A stretch of DNA of 64,000 nucleotides, from positions 672,001 through 736,000 of the forward strand of contig CBDBCZ010000018.1 in the NCBI GenBank assembly GCA_965203295.1, written 5' to 3'. Positions 41,219 to 55,983 of this stretch are shown one piece after another; the first letter of the stretch is position 1, and each line of letters opens with the position of its first letter. The notes beneath the pieces are model-generated. The model worked only from the letters and a program-made list of their open reading frames with translations. It searched no databases and had not been told where the DNA came from. Both the position numbers and the translations under genes were made by a program. The DNA is from Nitrospirales bacterium. GTDB lineage: Bacteria; Nitrospirota; Nitrospiria; Nitrospirales; UBA8639.

Positions 41219-44200
41219 CTCTGTTTGTCAGAATCTCAAGAATGTCATGAAACCGTGGCCGAGCCTACAGCAAACAAACATACATAATGCCAGTAAATAA
41301 TCATACACACACGAATACACACACACACACTCCCAACCCCCAAAAATATACAAAAACATCATAACAACACAAAATGTTTCAAAGTTCCTGCATCAATGGC
41401 AGAGCATGTCAGGTATTTATGCTTCAACTCTGATACTAAACTTTTGCCACAGTAACTGGTTATGCCATGCTAGCAGTTATCTGCCGGGGTTCAGGTTGTG
41501 ATGTGAGCCATTCATTTCCTTTGCTCCACTCATTGAACAAACAAGGATTATGCAGGTATGGAGGTAGCTATTACAGACACTCCTGACTAGTGCAGGAGAG
41601 TCATTTTGAGAGACCCCCTTCACCAATGCCAGAATCTGTGCTGTATGTATCCAGAATGAAAGAGAACATGCAGTGCCAGTGATTGTCCACGGTGTTAAAA
41701 AAAACTGCTAAGCCATGGAGCTAGAGAATGAGGCTGTCTAAATGTTGCACTTCTAAGACTGGTTTTACCACAGACATGCAGGTGGCTATAGTTAGCATAA
41801 TATTATTATTATGTTCATGCACACACTTTACAACACACTATACTCAGAGGTATTAATAATGATGTACGTTTGTGTACACCCTAGTGAAATGATGAAGTGA
41901 ACACATTCACAGCTTTACACATACATCTTTAAATTCAGATAAACAAATTTTTTCTTCTCAGCAAATCTCATGACCAACCTTGGGATCAGTTTTCCAGCAT
42001 TGCTCCAAGGTGCTGGCCAAGAAGGATTCCATGGCGGCAGAAATTGGAGGAACCTGCATGAGGACAGAGAGGGATCTAGAGCATGCAGTGTGTTCATGTT
42101 CATGTAGAACATGGGGGGCGGCTAAGCTCTAATTCAACCAAGAACATAAACTGTGGCTGCTATTGCTCCGAGTATTTACTGTGCTGTACAGTATGTCTTG
42201 TTACACTAAACTGTTCATTATGCAGATGTATAGCATTCTCATGCTCCTCTCCACTCATGAGCTTGTTAATCACCATATCAGTTTCAGCATCAGTAAATGG
42301 CAGTTATCTAACTACACTTGAGGCAGAGCCAAGTGGTTCAAACACGGATACTATTACCCTACGCTCTTTATTATTAGCTACACTGTCAAATGTTCCTGTT
42401 TCCTGAGTTTTCTGTGTGTGATAAATGAGATTGCATAGTTTCTATGTTGTACATGTTATAACTTACAACATATTTACACTAAGCGGTTTCTGTATGCAGA
42501 TAGTATACAGCACCATTCTCACCTCTCCACTCATTATCTTGCTACCAATGAGCACATCGGTTTTAGCATCAGCAAATGGCAGTTCACCAGTTAAGATCTC
42601 ATAGAGGAGCATTCCATAGGAGAACACATCAGAAGACAGCGACACAGGCTCTCCCTTCATCACCTGAACAGCGAGAACTTGTCACTGTATACACATGACA
42701 TACGAGTCAACCTACTTACATGAACAGGTGGGTTATGTTTTGTGGGAGTTAGTGGCAGTGGAACTTTGATTCATCAAAATGTTTAATCAGGCTTCTGTAA
42801 CACACTTAGCTATATACATGTTTGGTTTCTGTATAAAGTTGAGTAATACAATAAAGCTTTGTTGACATGTTAATTAATTAAGTTCACAATTGTTATATTA
42901 TAATATAAGAAGCGAGGAATTTGAAGCTAACACACACCTCAGGGGCCATCCATCTGTATGTTCCAGTCTGAGTTTGCTTGGTAGTGTGCTTAAAATATTT
43001 AGAAGCACCAAAATCACATATCTAAGCATGAAGAGAAGAAACAATCACCTTTACAATGCGCAATATACTGTATACAGGTACCAAAAAAAATATATTGCAG
43101 CTTTATTACAATGTCATGCATATGTATAGATGCTACCCTGGAGGGCACTCCGAAGGCCATAACTTTTCCCAAGGGAAATAAAAGGTCATGATTGCTAGGG
43201 TAATAGCTGGCTTGTACCACGCCTATGAAAACTGGTGAATGTCCAGGCAAGTCCGCAACAATGCTCACAGCTAATATTCTTTGATCTGTCTGCAGAAAAT
43301 ATGAGCCATTATTGCATCCAAATATTATGTAAGCTCATTGGCCAGTTTGAGCTTGGTATGATGCAAGCATCATTACTACAGCCGTATGGCAGTAGAAATG
43401 TCGATTAAATGATACATGTGAACACAGAGTATTAATATGTTAGTGTACTTAATGCCAAAGGGAATCGAATACTATGTTGGCGTTACTTGGAGCTAGTCAA
43501 TCAGTGATATGACACTATAGCTAAACTGCTGTCAATGCAGGTTTTTTTTTACCACACCATGTAGTCTATCACTTTAGCAGTGACCAGCACTCTTAACATC
43601 ACCAACCTTAATGTTGCCTTCGCCAGTGAGTAACACTGTCAATAAGGAAAGAATTGCTTATTTCAATGATACAAATAGTTTCATTATGCTATAGTTGGCC
43701 CTTTTCATTAAAGCCTGTGAATCAAATTGGATCCCCAATAGCCCATATAGAATATCTTTGTCATGACAGTCATACACCACGGGGATTAATTTGAAAGTCT
43801 CAATGCCCCACTTCATTAGGTAGATTACCATTGCTTGATTTCAGGTCTCTGTGCATCGTTTTCTCTTGGTGCAAGTACTTCATCCCTGGAAATGACAACA
43901 TGAATGTAGTGGCATTTACTTCACTGAATCTAATCCCGCTCAGACAGTAAGCATTGCAACCAAGCCTCGTCTTTATCTCAATGTGTAGGCTTGAAACAAG
44001 GAGTACATATAATGGATATCATTTTACCATGGTTTGTAAAAGAAATACTAGTATATTGTAGATATAATACTACCTTCGGCAATCTGTATTGCCCATCTCA
44101 AGCGCTCTTCTTGACTGGGCTGGTATTTCGCCTTGTGCAGAAGATCAAACAATGACCCTCTCTCAGCCAAATCTGCAGTATTCAAGATATACAATTGTGT

Positions 44201-47200
44201 ATGTAAGCTAGCAAACTTTCTTAGGATATACTTTAGTGCACATTTTATTATAATTACAATTATACCCGTGATAATGTAGTGTTCAGGAGGCCCTGGGCTG
44301 TCAACAACAACTCCACAAAATTGGATGATGCACGGGTGCCTTAGCTGGTTGAGAATTTCAATCTGCATACAAAAAAAAGAAAAGAAGCATCTCTACAGAA
44401 TCCCAAATATAGAGGCATGCTTGTTTCAGCATTATATAATGCTAGACCTCTGTTTTGTTGATCATTCCAGGCACTCTTTTGATTGCCACGTCCATGTCTC
44501 TGGACTTCCAGTGTCCTCTGTAGACAACACCAGATGCTCCCTCTCCCAACTCCTCCCCAATCTCTAGGTCAGAGAAGCTGATTTCCGGCACGGATCCTTC
44601 TGTCAGCGAATGACCACTGATGTCATCAGCTTTGGTTTGTGTAGCTTCTGTTGGCGTATGCATTCAGTTGTGAATGGTGTGGAAAGTTGTATACAAGTAC
44701 AAGATTAACACTCAAGTGACACAATATCAATCCAATATTACCTACCAGAACGATACACAGTAGACTCTCCTATTGTCAACTCGAGTACACTGTGGTGCCG
44801 AAGAAAAATAACATTTCCTTTTTTTATGTCATCTGCCATTTTGGTTGCTAGTGATGGTGGAACTAGCCAGGTGGTGACTATAGACCCTTTCGCAATATCT
44901 GCCAGAATGATGGTAAACTCTGGAAAGGAATATTCAAGAGCAAGATCTTGGCGATATCTTTCGATATCATTCAAAGTAGCTGTGGTGGAGTTTAGGCTGC
45001 CATGTTTGACAGTGATCTGTGCTAGGCTCTCCCTTAACTCGCTAGGAATCTCAGGGCATTTTCTTGTGGCTGGAGTTGCTTTCCAGAACACTTTCAAGGT
45101 CGTTTCTTTTTGAAAAGCTTCTACTGATGTGGTGTACTTCAGCATTCTTTGTTGCAATTCATCATCGCCATAGACTCCCACGAGGTGACCAAGCAGGCTA
45201 GAGTTCAAATAACTCCATATGCGACTTAAACTTAAGATATCAAAAATTTCATCGATACTTTTGGCATTGGATATGAATGGAATCTTTTCCATCAGGCTAG
45301 ACTCCATTTCTGATCTGATGGGTTCTGGCAGGCGGAGTGTGATCTTAGTACGGAACTGTGTGAGAGTGGGCGATTTTGCTTTGACTGCTTCCTGTGTCAT
45401 TATGACCAGCTCTTCGTACTCATTTTGTAGATATTTTATCCTTCTTTTTGTAGTTGTCACTGCATCTGACTCCATTTCCTCTAATATAGATGATAAGAAG
45501 TTCTGTTATGTGATATATTCAGCAGAAGTACTCTTACACTATTTTAGGCTGAGTAATACAAAAGCTCCTCTTATCTATTTACAGCTAGTTAATTAACAAA
45601 GAAAATAGAAGTTGTGGTAACTATCAGCTCTTAAATTTCTTTTGCCTTGAGAGTGAGACAACATTAGTAGTTAGATACATCATATTGAATCTGATGAACA
45701 TTGTACTGGCAATGCTCTATAATGGATAATCATTAGGCTTACTGTAGCCATCTATGTATACTACATGTATACAGTAATTAAATTCACCAGGATGTTGTGA
45801 TTAACTGCACTTTTTCACCTTAGACAGTCCTTTGATTTCAACATGGAGCCTGTACATGTGTAATGGTTTACTAAAGGAGTAGCATGTTTTGTATATTCCT
45901 AAATTGCTATGTTCTCTGCAGTGGTTTACTTGAACTAAGCAAAGCTTAGGAGCATTTGTATTTATTACTTTCTTTGAGCAGCTTATAGACAGACATACCA
46001 TGGCTTTGGGGAATCTTGGTGACATCTGTATCCCCTAGAACTGACAGTGAAATGCCTATAAGTGTGTAAAGTGTGTAAATCAAACCTCACTGCATGGTAG
46101 CTGCTTATGGGGAAGTTTTACACCCAATTACCTTGGGTACTGCAAACTGACTCAGCCAGCTTCCTTTTTCCAATGCTAGCCAGTGCTCTCACCAGCGTCT
46201 CATAGGTCGGGTTGGCGTCACCTCTCTGCCACTCAGCGAACATCCTGACCTTGCACATATCAGCATCTCGTGGATACTTTTTCTCAATCATGTCTAGGTC
46301 ATCTGCCCTGACTCCCAACTGTAGCCCGAGCCTATACCACACTGCTGTCATGCCAGGAAGTTGGTCCAGCTCTCGAAGGGTGGGAGAGTGATCACCTTCA
46401 TCGGAATAATAACAATAAGCAATGGCTCAAATCAAACAGTCAAAGAGCTACACTATATGTGTGTAGGAGTGTAGCTGAAAAGTTGCTCATTAATCAATGT
46501 CATTTTTTACATTATTGTTATCTTGTGAAAAAAGTGGAAAGACAAACAATAAGAACAATGCAGAAAAGGCTTTGGAAAACAAGAAAAAGTAAAATTCATA
46601 AATCACTTTCATCTGTGATTCATTACACTCGTACTGCTACTGCTCTTCTAAATTTTCCATTAGTGACAAAATAAGTATTACATTTTGCTTTTTTTGAAAT
46701 TCCCTTGGACGTAGCAGAATTAAATTTAGACTTTGTGCTGTGGTGATAAGGATTTTATACTTTCTTACTGCTCAATTTTGATAACTAATGATGCATCACA
46801 CTAATCCTGATCGTGAGGACCTACTATAGATGAAGTTCAAAAACATAATATTATTTTGATACTGCGAAATGTAAGTAAGCACATCTATATACTTTTGATT
46901 ATACAGTCATGTCATCACATAAAAGCTCGCTATGTACTTTCCAAGGGATTATGCTGATAGATGTGTAGCGGTTGTGATTAACGTTTTTGTCTTGCTCAAT
47001 ATATGTAGCTAAATACTCGTACGGAATTCTAAATTAGAGATTATGTGCTTCTAATTTTACATTTGCTGCTGTTGCTAAGTTTGTGGCATATCACGTACAC
47101 ATAAATGATCTTGTATAGCATTGTCTACTGCTTACGGGTGCCTGCCTGAGTGATCTCTGCAGTCTTTACAGGTCTTGTAACTGTAGCAGAAGCATCTGGA

Positions 47201-50200
47201 GAGACAATAGTTATGGTTGCGTTACTGAGTTGCACAGCCAGTAGTGGGTATATGTGGTAGCTAGCATTCTTAAACCACTCATAGCTACAATTTAGATTTC
47301 TGTAGACAAGTTCTCAAATTGTCCCACTATCTTTCTAGTCAGACTCATTGTTATACTGCTAAGCTGAATGGTGACGCTTTATGGTTCTGCAGTACCAAAT
47401 ATATGATTTCAAAGTATGATGTCATTGCGTGTACTCGATATATTATGAAGGGAAAAAATACAAGACAATTAACTAAACATGTCGTCCATGCTACTGGATC
47501 TCTTGTTCAAGTCTCCCTTCAATGTTTGCAGCTTTTCTCATTTTCCTTGCCACAGTATGACCTAACAAATTGGTTTGTGATGCAACAGAATGGCTATAAA
47601 CACTAAACACTTACCTTTCTTTAAAGTGTGCATTTCAATGTGGATTGTACGCGATATAGAATTATCAAGTTGATTGTGATTATAAAAATTGTTCCCAAAT
47701 CACAGAAACCAAATTGTATGTATAACCTTACTGCATTCATTGGTCACTAACAGTATGACTGCATTGTTTTTCTACTTTATTTGCAAATGGATGACCATGA
47801 AGGCTCCAACAGGTATTAGACCATTGATGAATAATTAATGAGGCAAAAGATTTGATGTTTTGGCGTGCCAGGAGTGTTTATAACACTAAGAGACTCATGC
47901 ATAATTAATGAGGCATTTATATCACTAAGAGACCTCTGGGAGAGGTGTCTTAGTGGTATAAAGACCTCATTAATTATGCATGAGCAGCAGATTTTCAACA
48001 AGTCAGTGTCACAAGTAGAGGCCAGATCGGCCAACGTGCATGCAGAAAACACGCCCAAGAAGCACAGGTAGAGATATAGCCATATGCCAAGATATTCTAC
48101 TGCAGCAGAGCGTATTTACACTACAGAAACCTTCTATACCTTGCTCCAAAGGGTCAGTAGGCAAGCTAGCTAGCATGGAGAAACTCGATTAGAGTTCCGT
48201 AGCATTATCGACGGCTGCATACCACACATTCAAAAAGCAGTCTGCTGGATTAGTAGGCACGCTCTCCAGTACGGGAAGGCCCTAGTATGTTCTCCGTAGA
48301 GCTAGTAGTACCGATGGTTGCATGCTAAACAAGACTAGGAAGCAACTCACTGTTATACAAGTTGAGTTTTGTTCGTTGAATGATCCTAGCTCTTTTTGGA
48401 ACTAAGCGCAAGCTATTCCGCAGATTTTTGCCAGAAGCGCCATAGTTTTTCCAGCAATTCGAGAGAGAATCCTCCTCCACAACTAGCCATTCTCGCCGCG
48501 TTTGAATGCAAAATGTTGACGTCATAAGCAGGTTACCATGGAAATTTTCCACGTTTGACGTCATCAGAACGTTACCATGGAAATTTCTCACGGTTTGACG
48601 TCATTTCTCATGGTCTAAGCCAGTTAGACACCTCGTAAGGTTTCTCTCGGTTTTGACAACCTTAGCACTTAACATAATTACCTCGGCTATGGGTAATTCC
48701 ATGCCAAATCAACACAAAAAAATGACGACCCCCTCAGATTTCCACGAAACTTGGTACATATGTACCCTATGTGAAGTTATTAATTTACAGTGATTATTAG
48801 CCTCACACGTTGTATGGCTTCTGTGTTACAGCCAGCCAAAAACTCAGTTTTTCGTCAAATTTTCGGCTACCTGCTTCTACATAATTGACCATAACTATTA
48901 CTACGATTGTCTGTGCAAGATGAAAATTGCACCATCTTGTACCTTAGTAGATACCTTTTCAGCTGATATATTGCAAGTGATAATTTGATTATGTTGAGGT
49001 CAAAGGTCATGGTTTATATACTTGACCTTTGCCCCCTTGAAAAACGGATTCTTCAATTGTTCTAATTTCTTTCCAAATGTTCTCTAGATCTTCATGTTGA
49101 GATGGTATTATTTTTATTTTGGGACTGCCATGGGATTAGGAGATACAGAGAGTAGCGCAATAGCCAGTAGGGTGTTTTTCATGTATGTCCACACATACTT
49201 ACCCCATACTGGGATTTGTTTTGGTGTGAGGTCAAGTACTACATGATCTGGGTGAGCAGACTGATTTAATACACTCATTATACATGTAGTGAGTTATAAT
49301 TTGGTACATTCCTGAAAAAAGGTGGGAATAAAGTTGCACAAATCCACAAGATTTCCGCAATCAAACAGAGCTCTCACACATGCCCATTTTCATGCATTAT
49401 TCTGACTAATACTCCTAACACAGTGGAATGCAGCTCTCGGAGAGCGGTCTGAGATGAGAGCATGCTCAATCAACTCGAATGAGGATCAGTGCATGCTTGC
49501 TCCCTCTATAGGCATTTGACTTAGCTAGCTAACAGCTTGGTGACTGGGCAGTTGCAAAGTGATACCTACAAAGTTATCCTTTCACTTAGCTAGCTGCTAG
49601 CAGTCTCCATTCGATTTTGTGTGCAGTTGCTCCACCCCACATTGTGTTTAATTGGAACGTGCACCTCTGAACGAGGTTTTTGCGGCTTTGGGCCAAAAAA
49701 CGAGCCTGCGCCTGATAGCGCAAGTGCGCTACATAACGAAGTGCGCCTGATAATCCGAGTCTACGGTAATAACATTACAAATATTTATACTACACATTAA
49801 CAGTTTCATCAGACTTGCAAAATCTACCAAACGCGATAGCCCCACACATTGTAGACGAATGTCTCATATGTCTACCATAATAATAACATTACAAAATATT
49901 TGTACTACACATTAACAGTTTCATCAGATTTGCCAAATCTATACTAAACGCGCTTGCCCCACACACAGAAAATGAACGTCTCCTATGCACAGTACCTGTT
50001 GTTTGTTGAGCCCTGTGTTTCTCAGCGATCTGGCTAGCCAGTGCAGGGTTGGCACCGCCGGCTGGGTCTCCCACCACCTCCACCAGCCTCTGCCAGCTCG
50101 GCTCTCCAAATCTTCTCACGTTGTAGTTCTTCCTCAGCCACTCGGTAAGCATGTCGGAGAGACAATTATCTACCTTGTGAAGGTGTGAGGCAGCTATGCT

Positions 50201-51023
50201 GTCTAGTACACCAACTTTTAACCTCAGGGCCTGACCAACAGCCCTCCATTTTGCAGCAATGGGTAGGACCTCTTTCAGAACATCATAGAAGTCATCATCT
50301 AAATCTGATGTAAAAATATCAGACAATATAATAGTTTATTATTACTAACTTTATCAAAAAGTGCTAAAACCATTCATGTAGGGATACGCTACCACAAAAA
50401 TAAAGGAAACAAGCGATAACTTACACCGCAATGGGTTAACCAACTATCTACACATCACAGCCCAATGCATTGCAGAGTAGTTAACTACAAATCACAGTGC
50501 AGTATGTTTATGGAGGCCATCCTGGTTAAGGAGATGTAGGAAGGATGGCCTCCGTAAACACACTGCGCTGTCTGTACATGAATGGTTTTTGCACTTTTTG
50601 ATAAAGTGCTTTTTCTGCAACTTGTTTTTGGATGTTTTATTAGGGGGAGGGGGGGGTGACATGCTATTGACCACCTGCTACCATGTATAGGTTAAATGCA
50701 GCTGTGGAGCAAAAGCTGCTTAGCTTCTGCAAATGAGCTGATGCAGGAAATGTGTAGGTATTTCAGTCATTTTGATCTGTAAATGTTACTTAGCTAGTTA
50801 ACATCAACAAAAAACAAACACACTACTTGTTCAGGAAGGCATACAAGCACACACAACTGATGTGTTTGCACGGACCGTACACATGTAGTTACTTCAAAAT
50901 CATTATAAGGATGCATAAGATGCCAATGGCACTATGTATGAAGAGCATCATCTCCTCACCAAGTGGTGTAGCGTCAACTTTGCCACTGTCTCCAAACACG
51001 TCTGAATCTTGGTGTTTAGCCAT
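41219..51023 (-). CDS. Protein with two death domains, a DED/TRADD-N-like module and a TKL (MLK/Raf-like) Ser/Thr kinase
   Basis: Exons: 51023-50960 (MAKHQD...), 50304-49996 (death domain), possible 47195-47136, 46395-46132 (death domain), 46034-45999, 45480-44746, then kinase exons 44647-44448 (GEGASGVVY, VAIK), 44362-44266, 44172-44074, 43885-43829 (HRDLKSSN), 43635-43607, 43021-42938 (DFG, GTYRWMAPE), 42663-42523 (DVFSYG), 42053-41979 (CW) and 41264-41219 (RP). All phases are compatible. Confidence 0.88.
47816..48618. mobile_element. Putative non-autonomous element in a kinase-gene intron
   Basis: Short inverted termini ttagacca / tggtctaa with repeated subterminal motifs (ataattaatgagg; tgacgtcat...ccatggaaattt). 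Confidence 0.5.
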
Positions 51024-51489
51024 TTCTCAGATCACAGCACAAGCCTGCTCTTTCGTTTGGAATCTCACACTTTCTCTTCCAACTGCGCTGGAGTCACTAT
51101 GCATTCAGGAGTCCTCCTTGAAGAATACCCATGCATATCACTGTAAACATTTGAGTGGTTACTACAGTTTCAGGATATACAAGGTGGGTCACCTGATATG
51201 ATACTGCAGGAATAACAAAATGGCTAGAGCTTTCCTTGTTGCTAGTGCTACAAAGGAAACTCAACTGCTTTGTTGTTCCTACAGCTGTGTATGTAGGCAT
51301 CAGAGATCCCAGATGATTTACGTATTTACCATAATTATAGGAACAATGAAAGCACAGAAGTGCATAACCCTCGGCGTGATTATTGCAAAATACTAAATGA
51401 TTATGCTACACTTGGCATCTAGGTTGAGAAAATGCTACCCGTAATCTTACGTTTTGTGTTACATGGGTTTCTAAGTTATTTGTTTTTGT

Positions 51490-51590
51490 ATATCCCATAG
51501 TATCTTCTTTTTCTTTGTATCCCATAGTATCTTTTTTGTATCCCATAGTATCTTCTTTTTTGTATCCCACAGTGTCTTCTTTTTGTATCA
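51490..51590. repeat. Short tandem repeat (18-27 bp units)
   Basis: tatcccatagtatctt repeated about four times. Confidence 0.85.
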
Positions 51591-51790
51591 ATAGTATATC
51601 GTCTGTTACTCTTTTATAATCTCATGCATGGGCAGAAGACACAAGCTAAAAGCTGAAGGCATACGTACATGTCAGCAGCTCGATATGGGACCGGAACGAA
51701 ACCCTAATTCACCTACAGAGCTAGCTAGCCCACGTAATAGTTTAGAGTGGTCGTATGTACGTATGACGGCATTAGAAACAGTGGCTAACC

Positions 51791-51822
51791 TAGCCTCATA
51801 CCCAGGCCAGGGTACGAGGCTA
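51791..51822. mobile_element. Minimal 32-bp member of the 9-bp-TSD MITE family
   Basis: tagcctcatacccaggccagggtacgaggcta; TSD tggctaacc / tggctagct. Confidence 0.65.
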
Positions 51823-52107
51823 TGGCTAGCTGTAGCCACATGGAACTTCACAGCATCAGTAGTCCTCCAGGTTCAGAACCAGGGGCTAACATCTGTTTCT
51901 TGCTTTCCTGGTACATTTATACTAAACTTAGTTCTTGGTGTAGCTAGTAGTGCTCTAGTGTGTAGCAATATATAGACCTGAAGATACCTGAAACCATAGC
52001 CAGCTAGAATTGAAAGTTGTTTTGCAATTGAAGACACATACTTAAGAGTGTTGGTCACTGTTGGACATATTGGTACTCCTATAAGTAGCCACTTCTGATG
52101 TCTACTG

Positions 52108-52286
<179 letters not shown>

Positions 52287-52359
52287 GTGCCACTAGCTAC
52301 TGTCTCACAATGAAATGCATAACATAATACTATACACATACCACACTATGTTCCAGCTT

Positions 52360-52620
52360 ATAGCATACACAGTCATCACCAGTGACTCACCAGTCAGTTT
52401 CCAGGAGCTGGTCTTGAGAACAGTAACTTCAGTACACTCAACACTCACTCAGTAGGCCGTCTTCTAACACTGGCTCAGTAGGTAGTATTCTAACACTCAC
52501 TCAGTAGCTAGGTAGTGTTCTAATACTCACTCAGTAGGCAGTGTTCCAACACTCACTCAGTAGCCTGTGTACTGTTCTAACACTCACTCAGCAGGCAAAG
52601 CTATAACACCCACTCAGTAT
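52360..52620. repeat. Duplicated segment (copy at about 28810-28910) with tandem units of about 30 bp (aacactcactcagtag)
   Basis: cacagtcatcaccagtgactcaccagtcagtttccaggagctggtcttgagaacagtaac is identical at both sites. Confidence 0.85.
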
Positions 52621-53049
52621 GTAGGCAGGGCTGTAAAATGCTATATCAGCCAGCAGTAGGCTACACTGCTCTACACTCACTATACAATAGCAGGACATTC
52701 CCCACTCCCCACACACATACCAGCAGACGTTCATTAGCTATAGATCAAATTACTGATTGCATACCTTAAGCAACCAGAAGTCTCTAGCACAGACATACCC
52801 CGGGGTGCATAATTATTCACAACTTGGACCTGGCAGGACTGCAGACTGGGGTTATGGAGTAGTTGGCAAAGTGTATATCGCTGGTTATGACAGAGTATCC
52901 GCACGCAGAGTGTACAGCGCTTGTGTATGCGTATCTGTATACATGTATATAGATACCCTATGGGAAGTGGTGGGCGTGACTATGAACACGTGACCAAAGT
53001 CCGTATATGCCCTGCCTCTATCGTATTCTAGTTATGACTGTAATAAAAT

Positions 53050-53980
53050 GGCCCGTTGTTAGAAAGAGCTGCAGATGCAGCAAATGGAACCGCTTTGGCA
53101 ACTAGCAGGTACACACCCGGACATTTTTTTTGATTTCAATGTTACTGTGGTGTTTAGCAATCGCTTAACTCTGTAAATCGCGAGATAGGCCGATTTTTGA
53201 GTGGACAGACACCGGACAGACAGACGGACGGACGGACGGACAGACAGAACCAATCGCTTAACCCCGCCGCCGCCTACGCGCCGCGGGGTAATAATGCATG
53301 CATGTCTATCACTAGGTGAATGCAAAGCATTGTGGGGCGAGCGTGAGCGAGGTACTAGCCCATGCGTACGTTAGCGGCGACGCGCCCTCAGCAGCTTTTT
53401 TGGCTCCTTCTCTCGTTTCAGTGTCACTGTCGGTGGCTTGGGGAAATGACAACTCTTCTGGCTCTAGAACTCGCTCTCTGCTGTTCCAATGTGACTTATC
53501 GCCAACCTGGGGATATATACGGCAACGCTGTAGCCTTTGCCGCTGCCGTTTACTCTGTGAGAGCATCCCTAAGCTAGCTGCACTGCAGCCACCGCGGCCA
53601 CGTGAACAATTTGGAATATTACGGAAACTATTTGAAACGGATAAATAGTATGCAGAAGTATACGTACATGTACGTACATTTTATAAGCAAAACTTCATGA
53701 AAAAAGAAAAATAAAAAACAAAAACAAAAACAAACAAAAGGCAAGGGTAAAAGAGTCACTGTACTCCATCCACCTCAGAGGAGTGGATGGGGAGTCGGCC
53801 GATCCATAGGGTGGCGTTACCCCTCCATAGCCGGATGGCAAGCCGCTGGAACAGATGCCGGGTGGCGAGCGAGAAACGCGAAACGGTATGTGCGTACGTA
53901 CGTACGTACGTACGTACACTGTACGCACAGACAAATTCTCCATTGAACACACTAGTGTGGGGCTCGCTCACGCTCGCCCA
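53050..53980. mobile_element. Two adjacent Helentron-associated (HINE/DINE-like) non-autonomous elements
   Basis: About 53050-53293 has a (GTCY)n tract next to a GC-rich stem. About 53315-53980 has inverted repeats tggggcgagcgtgagcgag / ctcgctcacgctcgcccaa with an (ACGT)n tract. Family assignment is inference. Confidence 0.5.
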
Positions 53981-54698
53981 ACCCAACTACAGTTTGGTAG
54001 GAAAAGGTCAAGGTTCAGTCTGGTGTCCCTGGTGCTGAGAAGACTTTAAATACTAGCTACTGAAACTACTGGGAAGAACGTCAGTGAGCCTTGCACCTGG
54101 CCAGGCTAGTGTGGCCTCGGACCGGGCTAGGGTGCCCCCGAACTGGGCTAGGTGCCCCCAGACCGGGCTGGGGTGGTCCTGGACTGGCATAGCAATATTA
54201 TTATGATCAACAGCAGAATACAATTGTTTCCCAATTGATCACACGGATATCTCGAGCTTTTCTTCCGCATGGTAGAAATCACTTGATAAACTTAATGGCC
54301 AGGTGACTACTGTAATGTAGATGAATTTCTCCTCCCCTTCCCCTAAGGAATACACTACAGCTGGAATTTGGCCAGTAGTGAATTCAGGATAGTACCAATT
54401 CTTAACCTGTACCCTTTCACAGGTGGATTTAGACACCTAGCTGCTTCCATAAGGCCCATAAAAGGATATTAGGCATTCATATAGACTAAGTATGGGCTTT
54501 CTTTGGGCAGTAAAGTGGCCTCTACCAATGAAAGGGTTAGCGGGTCCTTATAGTAACTGTTAGTGAAGTGGTAACATTCAGCTTTTGTGCAGCTTCCAGC
54601 CAAGCCATTCATTGAAAGAAAAATCATTCATCATACAGATTGGTGAGGCTTAAGACACAATTTCCAGATCACTAACAACAATCTATTGCTACTATTGA

Positions 54699-54973
54699 TC
54701 ACAGTCTACTGGGGTCCAGTTTGACTGCCAGAGCATACTGCTTGCACTCTATCAGAGCTCCAGCCAACACCTTCCTAGCTCTCAGTGGCCGTCTCCTGCG
54801 CACCCACTCCACCAACAAAGCAAACAAAACATCCTCCGCTGGTATCTCCAGTATCCTGGCTTCAATCTCCATCACTGAGAATCCCAGACTGATGCCCAGG
54901 GTGGACACGTCTTGGAGAGAGAGATCGGTCAGCTCCTGTGCCAGCTCTATTACTTCAGTAACGCTGAGTAAGT
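54699..54973 (-). CDS. Orphan death-domain terminal exon (phase-1 acceptor, stop at 54699)
   Basis: LLSVTEVIELAQEL...STLGISLGFSVMEIEA...FALLVEWVRRR...KVLAGALIECKQYALA fits the death-domain pattern (LG..LG, LL.EW, L..AL). Confidence 0.7.
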
Positions 54974-55983
54974 CTGTATAGAAACAACAGCATGAAGTGG
55001 ATTACTGACTACAACCGCTAAAGACCTGATAGTTCCCAGACTTTGTTGTTAGAGTTTCGTATGAAGGAACACAGTCACTGTGAAGCTAGGGCCAAGGTGG
55101 TGTGTTGGTGTGTGAGGGGGTTCATCAACCACACGAGCAATGAGCAAATAAATGCATCACTAATGTGTTCCCACATTCTTGTTCAACAGTGGGAACCAAT
55201 TCAGATGATCCACTAATGTGTTTTCCACATTTTTGAAGCACTCCCTCTCTCACTATAAAAACAGACTATCCAAATTGGTTAGTATTTCTTATCAATTAAA
55301 GAACATGGAAACACATTAGTCATACAACATTGTAGGTTTAAATTTCTGCATTTATGATGAACTACCTCCTGACACACACACACTGATTTGGCTTTAGCTT
55401 TGCTATGTTCACGCATTCAAACTCAAACAACCCCCCACTGTAACAATAATATAGTAACAGTGCAGGCACCGTACATACATGTAGTCCTGCAGAGAGATGT
55501 TTGTACCTTCATGCAGCTTTTGTGAAGGAAAGAGCTTTTATTGCATAGCTGTGAGTTGCAAATTATACAGAGCGAAACAGACATGTCGACAACAGGAGGC
55601 AAACAGCTGGTCAGTGCTAATATAGAGCTGGCATGTGTTGTTCTTAAAGCCTTTTCACCCATGCGGGTCGAAAAAGCTCTCTGTACTGCCAACTACCGTG
55701 CTAAATTATGGCGGCTGGACCCTTCAAAGCATTTTTTGGCTCATTTGTTGCCTTTTCCTATGTAAGCCTGAGCCGTGCGTAGGCCAGGGTCAGTCGCCAC
55801 AGCGGGGTAAGTGGCCACACCAACTGCTATTGTACCGTAGATAGCCGCGCGGTGGTCATGGTGGTGGAAAAAAACTTTTCTAGCCTCGAAAAAGACTTTT
55901 ATATCGGAAAATACAAAAACGTAAACAATAAACGACAACAAACAAGAAACAAGATTGCAACATGGAAAGTACAAGAAAACAAT

